Shown here piece after piece: positions 51,671 to 64,000 of a stretch of 64,000 nt of DNA. Below the pieces are notes generated by a model. The model saw nothing but the letters and a program-made list of their open reading frames with translations, did not search any database and had not been told where the DNA came from. The DNA comes from Lingula anatina (taxonomy: Eukaryota > Animalia > Brachiopoda): positions 32,742,401-32,806,400 of the forward strand of contig CM120641.1 in NCBI GenBank assembly GCA_051362555.1, read 5' to 3'. Both the position numbers and the translations under genes were made by a program. How positions within the stretch are numbered: the first letter of the stretch is position 1; the number at the start of each line of letters is the position of its first letter.

Positions 51671-52588
51671 TTTATGACAAAGACTGTGAGCTACCTTTTC
51701 ACTTGAGATGGAAATTGCTGTAAATTTATACAGAAATCCTCAACTGCCCATATACTGGAAAGGGGATGCTGTGACATTTTCTTGCTCCCCTTGGAAGCGA
51801 AAGCAGGTCTCCGCAGCTATGTTGTATACATGCTTTTGAAAGAGAAAATATAAAGAGGAAACAGAATCTGAGTGTCAAAGGGGATGGAGAGGCAAGAAAG
51901 ATTTATCATTGAAATTGGAGAATTCCCAAGTGCAAGTTATATATTTCCTATTAAACTATGAATTATTAAATTTTTTACAGTGTCCTACTGTCCCATAACT
52001 ACAAGTTAAAGGCAACAGATTATAAAGTAAGTAGATGATAAAGAATTATTTCTCACGGCATTGGTGCGAGAACGTGTGAACGTGTTGCCTGGGCTAAATT
52101 TGAGAGTGATTGAACACAAAAAAACTTTCAAGTGGAGGAGTGCAATCTTTTATTCTCAAGAGAGTTTATAGAAGGTGCAATTCTTTTTATTTATCTTTTA
52201 TATTAATTTTTTTTATATACTACAAAGAGCTGAAAATATTTGGTTGAAAAGAAAAGATGTAACACTTGGGGAAAATGCTCTGGAATTTTCTATAACCACT
52301 AAAGTATGTTCAAAGAAAGACAATCCATGTCAAGCTTTTCATAATTGGGTATTTTTTCTTTTATTAATTAGGAATAATGTTCAAATGTCTTTATTGAAAA
52401 ACAAACTTTTGAATTACTATTTTAGGAAAATGAAAAGCTATAATACTTACTCAGGTTTTGGTCCCTGAAAAAACTTACATTCAGCCTAATTTCACTCTAA
52501 ATTTCATTGTTCTGCCAGTGATTCTTACCAAATATAACACAGTATTTTGAGGAAAAGGCATGTGGCAAAATGCATGTAGGTCATATAT

Positions 52589-53002
52589 TTAAAGGTGCAC
52601 TGTGTAGGATTTTCCAGCAGAAAACTTGTACTTATTAAAGTTTCCTTTGGTAAACAGTATTTTTTTTTTTTTTCGCTAACCAACCTTTGATCCTCCTTTT
52701 TCTGTCACTGGCCAACACTATAACCACCTGGAAAAATTAAAAAGTTCTTAACCCATGCTTAAGTGATGATGTTGCAAATTCTGATCTCCCTTTGAGTTCA
52801 ATTCTGGCATTGACTTCTGGATTCTTCTTGAATTAAAGCTGTCAAGATGGTTGCTTGGCAGCAGTGTTGATCAGGAGGGGAGTAATTTTTTTCCAACATT
52901 AATTCATATCATTTATCAGTTAGAATTGAGTCAAAAAGTAATGTCATTGTTGGAATTATACTTATCGTGGGTTAATTTAAAATCCTAAACTTTGTCACTT
53001 AA
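52589..53002. mobile_element. Decayed TTAA-flanked (Kolobok-like) element
   Basis: TTAAAGGTGCACTGTGTAGGATTTT left end; degenerate AAAATCCTAAACTTTGTCACTTAAA right end. Confidence 0.4.
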
Positions 53003-53088
53003 ACATGGCTTTATTGGGTGAAATTACTATATAATTTGTTAAAACATCACTGTTACAGTGAAAGAAATGAAGTCTAAATTATGTTTAA

Positions 53089-53134
<46 letters not shown>

Positions 53135-54684
53135 AAAATGTTACTTGATGAAAGCTATATCATCCTTTACAGTTCATACTTTAATACATATAATTATATT
53201 ATTTGTAGCATATACATGTGCCAAAGTGTTTTACTATGGCTGGAAGGGTTAGAATGTCTTCTTAAGTTGCTTTAATGATTTGTTTTGTAATTTAAAAGAT
53301 GGCCAATTTTCAAAGTCTTGAAACAATAATTACTAGAATCTTACATCAGTATTGTTTGATGCTGTGTTCATTGTGTTCATGTTATGATTGTGTGATCTCG
53401 GAAGTGTTTCCACAATGTCTGTTACAGAAAGTCAAATGATCTGTTTTTACTGACATGAAAATGTCCAGAATAGGTCAGTTATCTTGTTTCATGGTAGTGA
53501 AACTTACCTTAAAGATCTTTATATTGTCTTACATTAAACGCATATATATCTATATCCCTATAAAGCAATTGGTTGTTTGTGTCCCATTTCTTTAAAGATT
53601 GCATTTTACTTCAGTCAAAATGCAAATGATGCAGGTAAATGTTCTTTTGGTATTATCTAAGTGAAGAAAATATGGTAATTATGGTTAAAATTTATTAGCT
53701 ATTTTTTAGTTTGGAATGAAAACGTTTTTTTTCCCCCAAATAAAAATCAACAGCCAGGTCAATTTGCAATTATACAGTTTATTTCCAAGGAAGAAGGGTG
53801 AAGTGTTGTAAGATAGATGTAAGGTTGTGTTCAATTTTTACCTGAAAGGTCACATAAATCCAGCTATGTATACATTTTTCCATAACAAATTTAATGTCAT
53901 ATATGATATTATCTTTTTTAATGCATTTGAAAAGATCTAGTCAAATAAGGCGTATATATCTACATAATTATCATTAAGTATATCATCTTTTTTCATAAAT
54001 TTCATTATGGCTAGAAACTGCTTTTGCTCAATATGGTGCCAGTTGATAATGTTCATTAATCTAAGTTTAAATAGGGTGAAAGCAATAAGAAATGAAGAGC
54101 ACAGACTAGCACAATAGCCTTGCTTAGCATTTATTTTCTTAGTAAAATTTCGAAATCCAAGCAAGTATCCAAATCATGAAACCAGATTGATAATTCTGTT
54201 GTACTGACAATCCAATGCTTATTACAATGTACAAATGTTCAAGTTTAACACTTCTTTTTACTCCTATAGATTGTTAATACATTGTTTTATTATTTATGGT
54301 TTAACAGCTGTATAACTGAAGTTTAGAAATGAAATTGTAATTGTTTCAGTTAATTATTATGTACATGCATGTTACATAATTAACTGTTAAGTCTGTTTTC
54401 AAGAATTTGTTGGTGGTGTTTGAAATGAAAAATATGCAGATGCTTTCAAGAAGTGGTGTAATTTAAAAATGCATTTCATGTGAAGGTGGCAAGTAATAAA
54501 ATATTAAGAAAAAAATAATGCACTTAGTTATCACTCTTTCCATTTTTGGTAGGTCTGTTTCCAATTGGTGTTAGTAAATATCTCTGCTAATTTATTAAGT
54601 GATAGGTTTCATTGATATGTTTTCATGCTAGAAAAAATCACTGTTCCCACAAAGACTGATTTTGCTGAGGGCCCAAAGGATTTC

Positions 54685-54920
54685 CAGGGGCAGAACCAGG
54701 ATTATTTGAAGGGAGAGGGGGTCTGCGAATGTGAAGCCCCCCCCCCCTTGACATTGAGTTCGGGGCTCACTGAAGAGCCCCGAAAATTTTTGGTATTTTT
54801 ATTTAAAGGACAAACGGTTTAGAACTATGATTCAACTAGTCAAAATTCTGATTTCAAGAGGGGACCATTGGTGTGAATTTTTTTTAGAAATTCCTGACAC
54901 CCCACCAAAATCCGCCACTG
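54685..54920. mobile_element. hAT-like MITE remnant
   Basis: CAGGGGCAGAACCAGG...AATCCGCCACTG ends with G/C-run subtermini. Confidence 0.55.
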
Positions 54921-54933
54921 ATTTCTAGTTTTA

Positions 54934-55182
54934 GGGACCATTCCCACAGATATTTGGATTGATATATCTCCCTGGGTAGTCTCACTAAATTGTTGTCAAA
55001 CTAATGGGCTTAAACATCTGTCACACCAAGTAAAACTTTTATGGGGGGTAATTAACTTTACCCCTAGCTGATTCGGTAGGCGTGACAGACATTTAAGCCT
55101 CTTGAGCTGATAACAATTTAGCGTGAACCCCCAGGGAGTTAGGTCGATCCAGATGGATCGATCTAAGTATGGGAACCCAGTC
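54934..55182. mobile_element. About 230-bp Harbinger-like MITE family, copy 3
   Basis: TTA TSD; aligns with 18260-18500. Confidence 0.78.
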
Positions 55183-55649
55183 TTAGTTTTGGTCAAGGAA
55201 AATTGGTAATCCAGAAAATGTCCGCCACCAAGTGATAGCACGTACTACAATATGTAGTATGTTTAAGTCTTTTCCTGCATGCAGTGAATGCGTCCTTCTT
55301 ATTCCACCAAATTTATCGAAAACCCCCAAAGGTTTTGTGTTTCTAACAGGTTTTGATTGTTAACAAAAGTATTTCCCGAAACTAGACTGATTCCTTGAGA
55401 ACAATATTTAAGGGTGAGGAGCACATCGTTTGGTAAAAAAGGAAAGAGAAAGGACCTCCCTATCACCGTTAGAAGATAGGGGAATACCGCGGGTAGATAA
55501 AATAAGCTCAAGTAGAACATAAATTGAACTTCAGTGGAAAAAAAGTTAGGTGTATACAGTGTAAGATATGCATGGTGCTCTGTAGGTACCCGCCTTACCA
55601 AATTTAGATTATTAAGATTACTACAATAAGTGTATCACCCCCCCCCCCC

Positions 55650-55688
<39 letters not shown>

Positions 55689-56141
55689 ACACACACAACC
55701 ACACACACACACGTACGCACTCTGTAATCGCAGTAGTTTGCTGTGTATTTTATTTTTAATAAGGGGATAAGCCAGGGAAGTGCATTTTTTTCCAATGCTC
55801 AAGCAGTAAAATAAGCTAACTTACGCTTGACCTGCTTAAGAATTAGATATAGGCATTGGAGGAAATTTTCCTAAAGCATCTACAGTATTTAACGGGCCTA
55901 TGTAACATCAACATCACTCCTAAAAAGCAAATTATCAAAAATATTTATATTTTCAAGCTATTTTTTATCTGCAAATATAACCTAGGACGTCCTTGATAAG
56001 AGTCACAAGGTTTTGGACTGATTTTGCCATGCCAAATAAACGCGGTTGTAAACGTGGCTTTTTACGGCGCTTGCGGTTCTCACACACTGAATGCTCTGTG
56101 CAATCTTATGCAGTTGACACCCGACCTCGATCCAGCTTTTG

Positions 56142-56269
56142 ATTGGTCGCTGTCTTGTGGCCTCATATCATCTGAGAGGCAACATATACTGAATATAAAA
56201 GCATATTCCAACGAATTTATGACTTTAATATTATTCTTCTTGCTCTCAGATACACCCGGATCTTAACAG
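56142..56269 (+). promoter_or_regulatory. Probable FASN core promoter and non-coding exon 1
   Basis: Inverted CCAAT (ATTGG 56142-56146), TATAAAA 56194-56200, strong donor CAG|GTAAGT at 56269/56270, CpG-richer than surroundings; matching acceptor ends at 58266. Confidence 0.6.
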
Positions 56270-58285
56270 GTAAGTCGAAACGACCGTCGAAAGTATTCTA
56301 CTTAGTTATGGCTAGAAACGATATTCTGTATCTGAAACGAGCGCCGTTTGTTGAATTTTGATACGTCAGAATGGACTTTGTACTGGCCGGCTAAATTTAG
56401 CTCCCAAACAAAATATGCACGTGGAGGGGGAGTAGTAGTGGTTTCTTATTCATTTGATTCATTTTATTAGAGATATATATTCAATTCCTTATCGCTAGGA
56501 GTAAGTATTAGGCAGCTTTTTGTATTGTGGCTATTTGTTTTAAGTTTGTGATTTTTGCTATGCCCAGGTGGCAAATGAGCTTACTCAGTATACCCTCTAG
56601 TTATTTTGACATAACAACACCATATACAAAATGTACGTGTACCGCCGAATACTTCTCGAGACTGGGGAAAGTAACATCGTTTTAAGACAAAAGTATTACA
56701 GATCGATCCTCTAAAATTAGACTGATATTTGATGTGAGCAACCTCCACCACTTCACAAACTGCGCATATGTGCGCATTAGAAGCTGCAGCTAATGTTTGT
56801 GGGTTTTGTACCGTGCTAAAACAGATGAATACGTTTTGTGAAAAAGTTTAAGTGTAATATACATAGATGCATTCTGTTTCATGGGTGATTGAGTTTTCTC
56901 TCGTAATTGTAAAAGAAGATTTACAAAGTAACCTAAATGTATTGCAAGGCTTTTTAAAACAACTAGTACGGGAAGGATTAATATTTATAATAAATGGGGT
57001 TTAATTAATTGGTGTTAAAGGTACACAGATCAGTTTCAGTTTCTATCTAGATTGTTGAGCAGCCATTCGGCAAGACGAGTTAGTAAGGAGTGATGTTTTG
57101 CACTAATATGAAATAGTAATAATAAAAAACACTGCTGTCATTTCATTGGTCGCTTAAAATAGAACGTCAATAGTTGTGGTTTTGTTTATGGTATGTACAG
57201 AAGGTGGTGTGATGTGTGGTGTGATGCTTTACTCTACTGCCACGTACTGCTGATGTCACCGTGTTATTATGCTAATAAGGGCCTACAGGTAGTGCCTTTA
57301 CCAGTTTTCCAATCTGTGAAATATTTACATAGCATTTGAAAGCAATTCCCAAGTGATATATTTTTAAAGTTCGTTAATTTGGGCTACTATAAATGCCTCA
57401 TTGTTATATTTTTAATTATTAAATGCTGGCAAATTTTTTTTTTAATTTTGAAGGTTATTCAGTAATATCTGCATAGTTAATTAATATAACCAATAAATAC
57501 TAGTATGCTCACTGAAATTAATTATAAATAAAACAGCAACAAAGATTTGTTAGTGCTATTATTTTATGTATTTTATCTTGATCATATTTTTATACAATCA
57601 AGATGAAATGATTACATATATATATAAAATAAATTCATTTTCATAGCATGAATCTATACAGAAATATTTCAGCCTTTTAGAAGAGGTCTGCATTAGTGAT
57701 TTCTTGTTCTCAGGGTTTTATAATTAACTATTTATAATTATACTGCCCTAATTTGTTCTATATATGTTAGTGACATTCTTCTATCTATTCAACACAGTGA
57801 TGTTTTTTTAAAAAACATTGTTTTAGCAGAGAGCAGATGTCTCCGTGATTTTATCATATGGTCGATCTAGTAATCATTCCATCAAAACTGGTATCATGAT
57901 ATTATTTATTATCATATTTCTTGTCCTTTGATCTAACTGCAAAACATTCAGGAGTACATGTGATTTTTTTTTCTTTGTCAATAAATTACATTTGAATGTA
58001 AACGGGTGTGAAGGGTGTAATTTAGATGTTCCCATTGTTTGTTGCAGACAGCAGTTTAAAATATGATTATATACACGGTAGATGCCACTTTAATGATAGG
58101 TTAACCTGGATATGCATCAGTTGTTCTAGCATGCTGGTAGAGTGCCGGGCTGCTAAATATGTCTTGGTGAGACTTAGAACTAAATTACACAAATACATCA
58201 GACATCAGCTGTGCAAATCTTTTGAAATTTGCAGTTTTGTTTTCAATTATCAATATTCATTTTCAGATATAATTTTGGAAGCAGT

Positions 58286-61200
58286 ATGCCTGCCCATATC
58301 TTTGATGAGCCAGCTCCAACTGGTGAGACACGAGGGGCAGAGGATACGCTGCCAGTAAAAATGGACACAAGAAATGACATTGTCATCAGTGGTCTCTCAT
58401 GTAGATTGCCAGAATCTGAGAATGTTCAAGAATTTCGTGATAATCTGATGAATGGTGTGGACATGGTCACAGAAGATGACAGACGCTGGGAACCAGGTAC
58501 AATTAAATTTCACATAACTGATATATCAACAGATATGATATTAGATTAATTATGGTGGAAATGTCAAAAAATTAACAACTACAAATTGGGTGTATAGATT
58601 GTTATTTTCTTAATATCAGTTTTGGACAGGATTAGGTATTACTTAATTATACCATAATTGGTGATAAAAATTTTCCTGGAATCTTTTTTTTTTTCAAAAT
58701 ATACCTCTAACATCCCTTTTGTGCCCTTAATATCAGGTCTCCATGGCTTACCCAGAAGAAATGGTAAACTAAAGGACCTCAGCAAATTTGACAGCACTTT
58801 CTTTGGTGTGAATCCTAAGCAGGCTAATACCATGGACCCTCAGATGAGGCTATTACTGGAAGTCACATATGAGGCACTTGTTGATGCAGGTAATGGCAAT
58901 TTTATATTGTATACAGGAATAGTTACTGTACTGGCAGCCTATTTAAATGAAATGAAATGTTTTTTTTTTATTTTACAGAAGAAAATAAATAAATGATATT
59001 TAATTTATGCTTTTTATTGTTTGATTATTGTCATCTTGAGAGACAAAATTAATGTGAAATGAGCTGAATCAACTGTATTAATCTCTCAGTTGTATTTATT
59101 AAAAATTGATTAATATAAGAATGTATATGTTTATTTGTCACATATAATCATGATGACCTTGGCAGGTGTAAATCCTTCCACATTACAAGGCAGTAAGACC
59201 CGGGTGTATCTGGGAGCAAGTGGATCTGAGGCAGGGGTTGCCTGGTCCTACAACATGGACAAAACAGATGGAGACGTGCTTTTAGGGTGCCAAACCTCCA
59301 TGTTTGCTCATCAAATATCTAGTTTCTTTGATTTCAGAGGTTTGTTGCTAGCTAGGTCGGTGCCAAAGTGAATGGGGTCCATTTGTATTTGATATAGACA
59401 CATATAATGTGACAGTACATGTGACTCAATTGTATGCAAAAGACTATTATGGTTTGGACTTTATATAACCAGATATATAAATCAATATTTTGCAAATTAT
59501 GAAACATTAAAAGAAAACTCAGTACCAGTATGTGTGGCATATTGAGTCCTATATACTGTTCCATGTAGGTTGTACACTGTATATTGATAACCGTAGTCTA
59601 CTAATACAACTGCACTGTGACATGGTAGGGTGTGGCTGTATTACTTCAATTAGCACTGTATGTCATTACTGTGCCAAAGGGGTACCATAGGGGGCACAGT
59701 GGGCCATATTATCCCTCTTCACCCCTTAACCTTGAAGTATGATAAACAAGACAAAATTAAGCACTTGCAGTATCCCCATTTACTATTTTATATTTGCAAA
59801 GCAAATTGAAGCAAAAAATCACATATGTGCCCCCCCCCCCCCCCCAGCACATCCTGGGTCTGCCAGTGTATAAATTATGTACTATACACTGTGGTCACTA
59901 TTTACTAATTCTGTAGGACCTGAATGAAGTGAACCATCAAACAAATAATTTGTATTTTTTTAAAGATAATTTTTGTTTATTTGGTTATCTAATCTGTTCC
60001 ATTTTTGATACACATCTCAGTCATTGATTTAACTATCAATAAATGATGTAAAATATTTTATTCAAAATATTTGAATGGTGGTTCAGTAAACCCTTATATA
60101 GTTTAATATACATATTAATTATCTCTACTGTTGCTGCCTTACTGTCTTTTTCTCACATTCTGGGCTTCCTGCTTTCAGGGGTTAATCCTCAGCATGTACG
60201 TGGCAGTAGAACGGGTGTCTATATTGGTGTTAGTTCTTCTGAAGCAGGGGAGGTATGGTCTGCAGATCCTGAGACACTAATTGGTTACAGCATGACTGGC
60301 TGCCAACGCGCCATGTTTGCAAACCGTCTCTCTTTCTACTTTGATTTTAAAGGTTTGTGGGGTGACATTTATTAATTTAATGTCAACTAAAATATATGAA
60401 TTTAACATTATGTGTATGTTGAGGAAAATGGACCTCAGAATGCTTGGCAAGCATGATGTAATTTAATATGATAAATCGGTCTTATTTCTTTTATTTAAGT
60501 CGATTTCCTTATTCACATTTCACACAAAATGTTCTCATTAATTTCTTGCGTTGGATGTCATAAAAACAGATAAACAGTGAAGCAGTCATGTTTTAATTTT
60601 AAATGTTAATTCTTTATTTGTATGTCAGTTTATTCAGGATATAATTGACTCTTGTATTCTTTCCATTTTTCAGGTCCAAGTTTTACACTGGACACTGCCT
60701 GTTCGTCCAGTCTACTTGCCCTGGACCAGGCAGTGATAGCCATCAAGACTGGTCAGTGTGACGCAGCCATTGTGGCAGGGTCCAACCTGTGCCTGAAGCC
60801 AACTACTGCTCTACAGTTCATGAAGCTAGGGATGCTGTCCCCAGAGGGCGCTTGTAAATCATTTGATGCGTCAGGTCAGTGGAAAATTTGAAAAGAGAAT
60901 GATGAGGAAGGATGACTCTTTTCTCTAACACCCCATTTCCATAGATTTTTAGATCGATCTATCCCTGTGGGGAGTCTCACTAGATTACTGTCAGCTTGGC
61001 TGGCTTAAGCATCTGTCCCGCCTACTAAAAGCTGTAAGGGGGTAATTAACTATGGTGCCTGCTTGGCTGACTGCATTTTAGTGTGAACCCCCAGGGAGAT
61101 AGGTCGATCTAAATCTTAATCTCTAGATCGATCTAAACTTCTGGGAAAGCACCCTAAGATACTGATTACCAAAAGTATTGTTAATAAATATTTGCATGTA

Positions 61201-64000
61201 TTTTCTCCGCATTCTCATCGTAAACTTTATATTATTTATGACAATATATTCATGTATTTTACTTTCATTATTACAAAGTAAGATGTAACACAGAGAGCTA
61301 TAACACACCTTTAAAAAATAGATACAGATAATAATGACATTGCAAACTGTATGGTTATCTAAATTTTGAGAGTATTTTTTATTATGATTGCTTAAAGAGC
61401 CAGTTAATGCTTTAATGAATAAAAACTGCCAGTGCATATTTATATTTTTTCATCAAGGTAATGGATACTGCCGGAGTGAAGGTGTTGTGGCCATTTACCT
61501 CCAGAAAGCTTCTGCTGCTAAGCGCATATATTGTACTGTCCTTCACTCAAAAACCAATGTGGATGGAAGGAAAAAACAAGGTCAGATTACACAAATGTTT
61601 CATATATTATGTTTAAATATAGTGTGTGAAAGGTTTTTATTTTGACAAAGTTAGGTATAGTTAGGTTTTTTTTAAAAGTTGCATTACGGCAAGTTAAATT
61701 ATTTATTTTGAAGGAAATTTAATACAAAACATACATATGCTTAATTCCTTTTAGAATTCAGATGCATAATTGAAGTATATCAAAACATTACTGAATTTTG
61801 AATATTTCTTTAGGCATTACATTCCCATCAGGAGAAATGCAAAAGAATCTGCTCACTGAAATATACACAGAGGCTAAAGTGAATCCGTCCGAAGTGTCTT
61901 ATGTAGAATGTCATGGGACAGGAACCAAAGTGGGAGATCCACAGGAGGCAAATACAATAGCAGATATCTTCTGTCAAGACAGAGATCAGCCATTGTTGAT
62001 TGGGTCCGTCAAATCCAACATGGGCCATCCTGAACCAGCATCTGGTGAGGAATTAGTGTAAATATATGTTGCATTAAAAGCAAAATTGAAAACAAAATTG
62101 TAAACTTTCGTTTGGGCGTGGCATAACAGGCATAAAGAGCTGGCCTTGATTGCCCATACATCAAATAGCCTATACATATTTTACTTGTCACATATCTTTT
62201 TACTGAATTTTGTTCTGCATAGGATGGAAGAGATATAAATCATCTCATTAATGATTTGATGGATATTCTCATCTAAATTTGAAGTGTAGGTGACTTTGAT
62301 TCATCATCCATAACCACACATTCAAAATGACTGAGATAAAACAGTACATTTTTTATTTGACAGGATTGGCAGCGCTAGCAAAGGTCATCATATCCATGGA
62401 AGACAGTGTTATTCCACCAAATCTTCACTATACAACCCCTAATCCAGATATCCCAGGACTGTCTAATGGAAAGCTTAAAGTCGTGACAAACTGCACAAAG
62501 TGGAATGGGGGCCTTGTTGGACTGAATTCCTTTGGGTTTGGAGGAGCAAATGTACACGCAGTTCTAAAGTCAAATAATCAGAAGGAAACAACAGTTCACC
62601 CAGCAGCCAATGAAGTAAGACTATTCACATTTTGTGGAAGAACAGAAGAAGGTATGTGTATTGCTTTTCTGATTGATTATTAATTAATTAATTTATTTAT
62701 TTATTTATTTATTTATTTATTTTTTATTTATTGGGGGGAACAGCTTTGTAAAACAAGATAATGCAATCACTGTAACTTAATATAATCATTGAAATAAAAA
62801 TAAAAGTTTGTACCATCATCAGCACTAGTCAACTTACATGACTCATCTTTGATGATAAACAATTAGTAATTGAATTCTTGAAAATGTTTGCAGGTGTGCA
62901 GCATGTTTTAAACAATGTGAAACAGCACCCAAAAGATCTGAATCTCCAGGCACTGCTGAATCAAAATGCCTATGGTGACCCCAAGATGCATCCATACAGA
63001 GGGTACACACTGCTTAACACAACTGATGAGATTCAAGAAATACAGGTAATTAATATATACAATACTTACAAAATTTAAAGAATTGTTTTTTAATGGTTTT
63101 GTTATAAAAAATTCATAAAAACATAATAATTTTGTAAATTTCTAGTAATCATATTTGAACACTCTTTATGCATAACCTAAACAAACAAAATAATTTAAAA
63201 TAAAATATCTACAGTAAAACAGATATGAAATTAATTTTAAAAAGTGCACTTAGATTTTAGAAATGGGCTGTTAATTTTTTTTACTTCCTATGGATTGTTT
63301 CTGGGAGTTATGAATTTAAGTAAAGCAGACATGAAATCCCAAATACTCTCATGACAATGTGCCACAGGTTTTTGATGCTTATAACCTTACAGATATATTT
63401 TATGGTATTTTCAGAACTGCCCATCAGAACCCCGTCCAGTATGGTACGTCTTTACAGGGATGGGCACCCAGTGGCATGGCATGGGGAGAGAGCTGATGCA
63501 AATAGATGTGTTCAAACAGTCCATCATGAGATCTCACCACTGCCTGAAGAAAATGAATATCAGTCTGTATGACCTGCTGGTGAATGGCACAGAAGACACC
63601 TTCAAGAACACTGTCAACTCTTTTGTTGGAATAGCGGCTATACAGGTAAATTGATGATGATTTTATTTTGTAGTAAGAAAAGAGTGAGTTAAAATATAGT
63701 CAAGAAATGTTTGCTACTATAAATTTGTAATATCTAGAGAGAATAAAAACTTTTCCATTAATGATATGTCACAGGGTAGAATGAAATCCAGGCAGATTTA
63801 AATCCACCAAGACGAGAAATTTCAGTCTCTCCTAAGGGGATTTTAAATCTGCCTGGATTTCAATCTTGCCTGTGACATATTATATCTTTTGAATGTGCTT
63901 TTTAATTAAAAAAAGTAAACAGATTCATATACAAAACTTTCTTAATTAAGGTGGCACTGGTGGACACTCTGCGTTCCCTGGGGGTGAAGCCAGATGGTAT
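58286..64000 (+). CDS. FASN: Type I fatty acid synthase, 5' part (KS domain and start of MAT), continues beyond the window
   Basis: Exons 58286-58496, 58737-58889, [59166-59339 or 60179-60352], 60674-60874, 61458-61580, 61814-62044, 62364-62651, 62894-63045, 63415-63645, 63951->64000. Motifs [69 protein letters not shown]. Confidence 0.95.
59166..59339 (+). CDS. FASN: FASN KS alternative exon a (divergent copy)
   Basis: 174 nt, phase 1-1, AG/GT intact; [59 protein letters not shown]. Confidence 0.8.
60179..60352 (+). CDS. FASN: FASN KS alternative exon b (canonical copy)
   Basis: 174 nt, phase 1-1; [59 protein letters not shown]; not in the ORF track. Confidence 0.92.
60929..61154. mobile_element. 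About 230-bp Harbinger-like MITE family, copy 4 (FASN intron)
   Basis: TAA TSD; reverse complement of 36039-36263. Confidence 0.78.
63761..63885. repeat. Intronic hairpin (Crypton-like palindromic remnant)
   Basis: ATATGTCACAGG...GAAATCCAGGCAGATTTAAA / TTTAAATCTGCCTGGATTTC...CCTGTGACATAT. Confidence 0.6.

Overview
AT-rich eukaryotic (invertebrate, probably lophotrochozoan/mollusc-like) genomic DNA with spliced genes and dense transposon debris. Genes in order: the 5' end of an unidentified minus-strand gene; a complete 10-exon SELENBP1/methanethiol oxidase; two paralogous two-exon minus-strand genes for small, probably mitochondrial single-pass membrane proteins (94 and 107 aa); a complete 12-exon WSC-domain protein xylosyltransferase; and the 5' part of a type I fatty acid synthase. 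A full-length, very young Ty3/Gypsy LTR retrotransposon (27492-35412) sits inside a MITE. Most interesting: (1) the Gypsy element has gag and pol in one frame split by a single CAA-TAG-GGG stop (candidate readthrough), non-canonical TA...TA LTR ends, and a 40-codon transmembrane+polybasic ORF where env would be (FAST/sORF2-like fusogen candidate); (2) FASN carries a tandemly duplicated 174-nt ketosynthase exon, one canonical and one divergent, suggesting mutually exclusive splicing of the acyl-binding region; (3) the duplicated microprotein pair keeps its presequence while the mature part has diverged. Exon coordinates were read by hand from GT/AG sites and frame continuity; family assignments are from recalled motifs, not searches.
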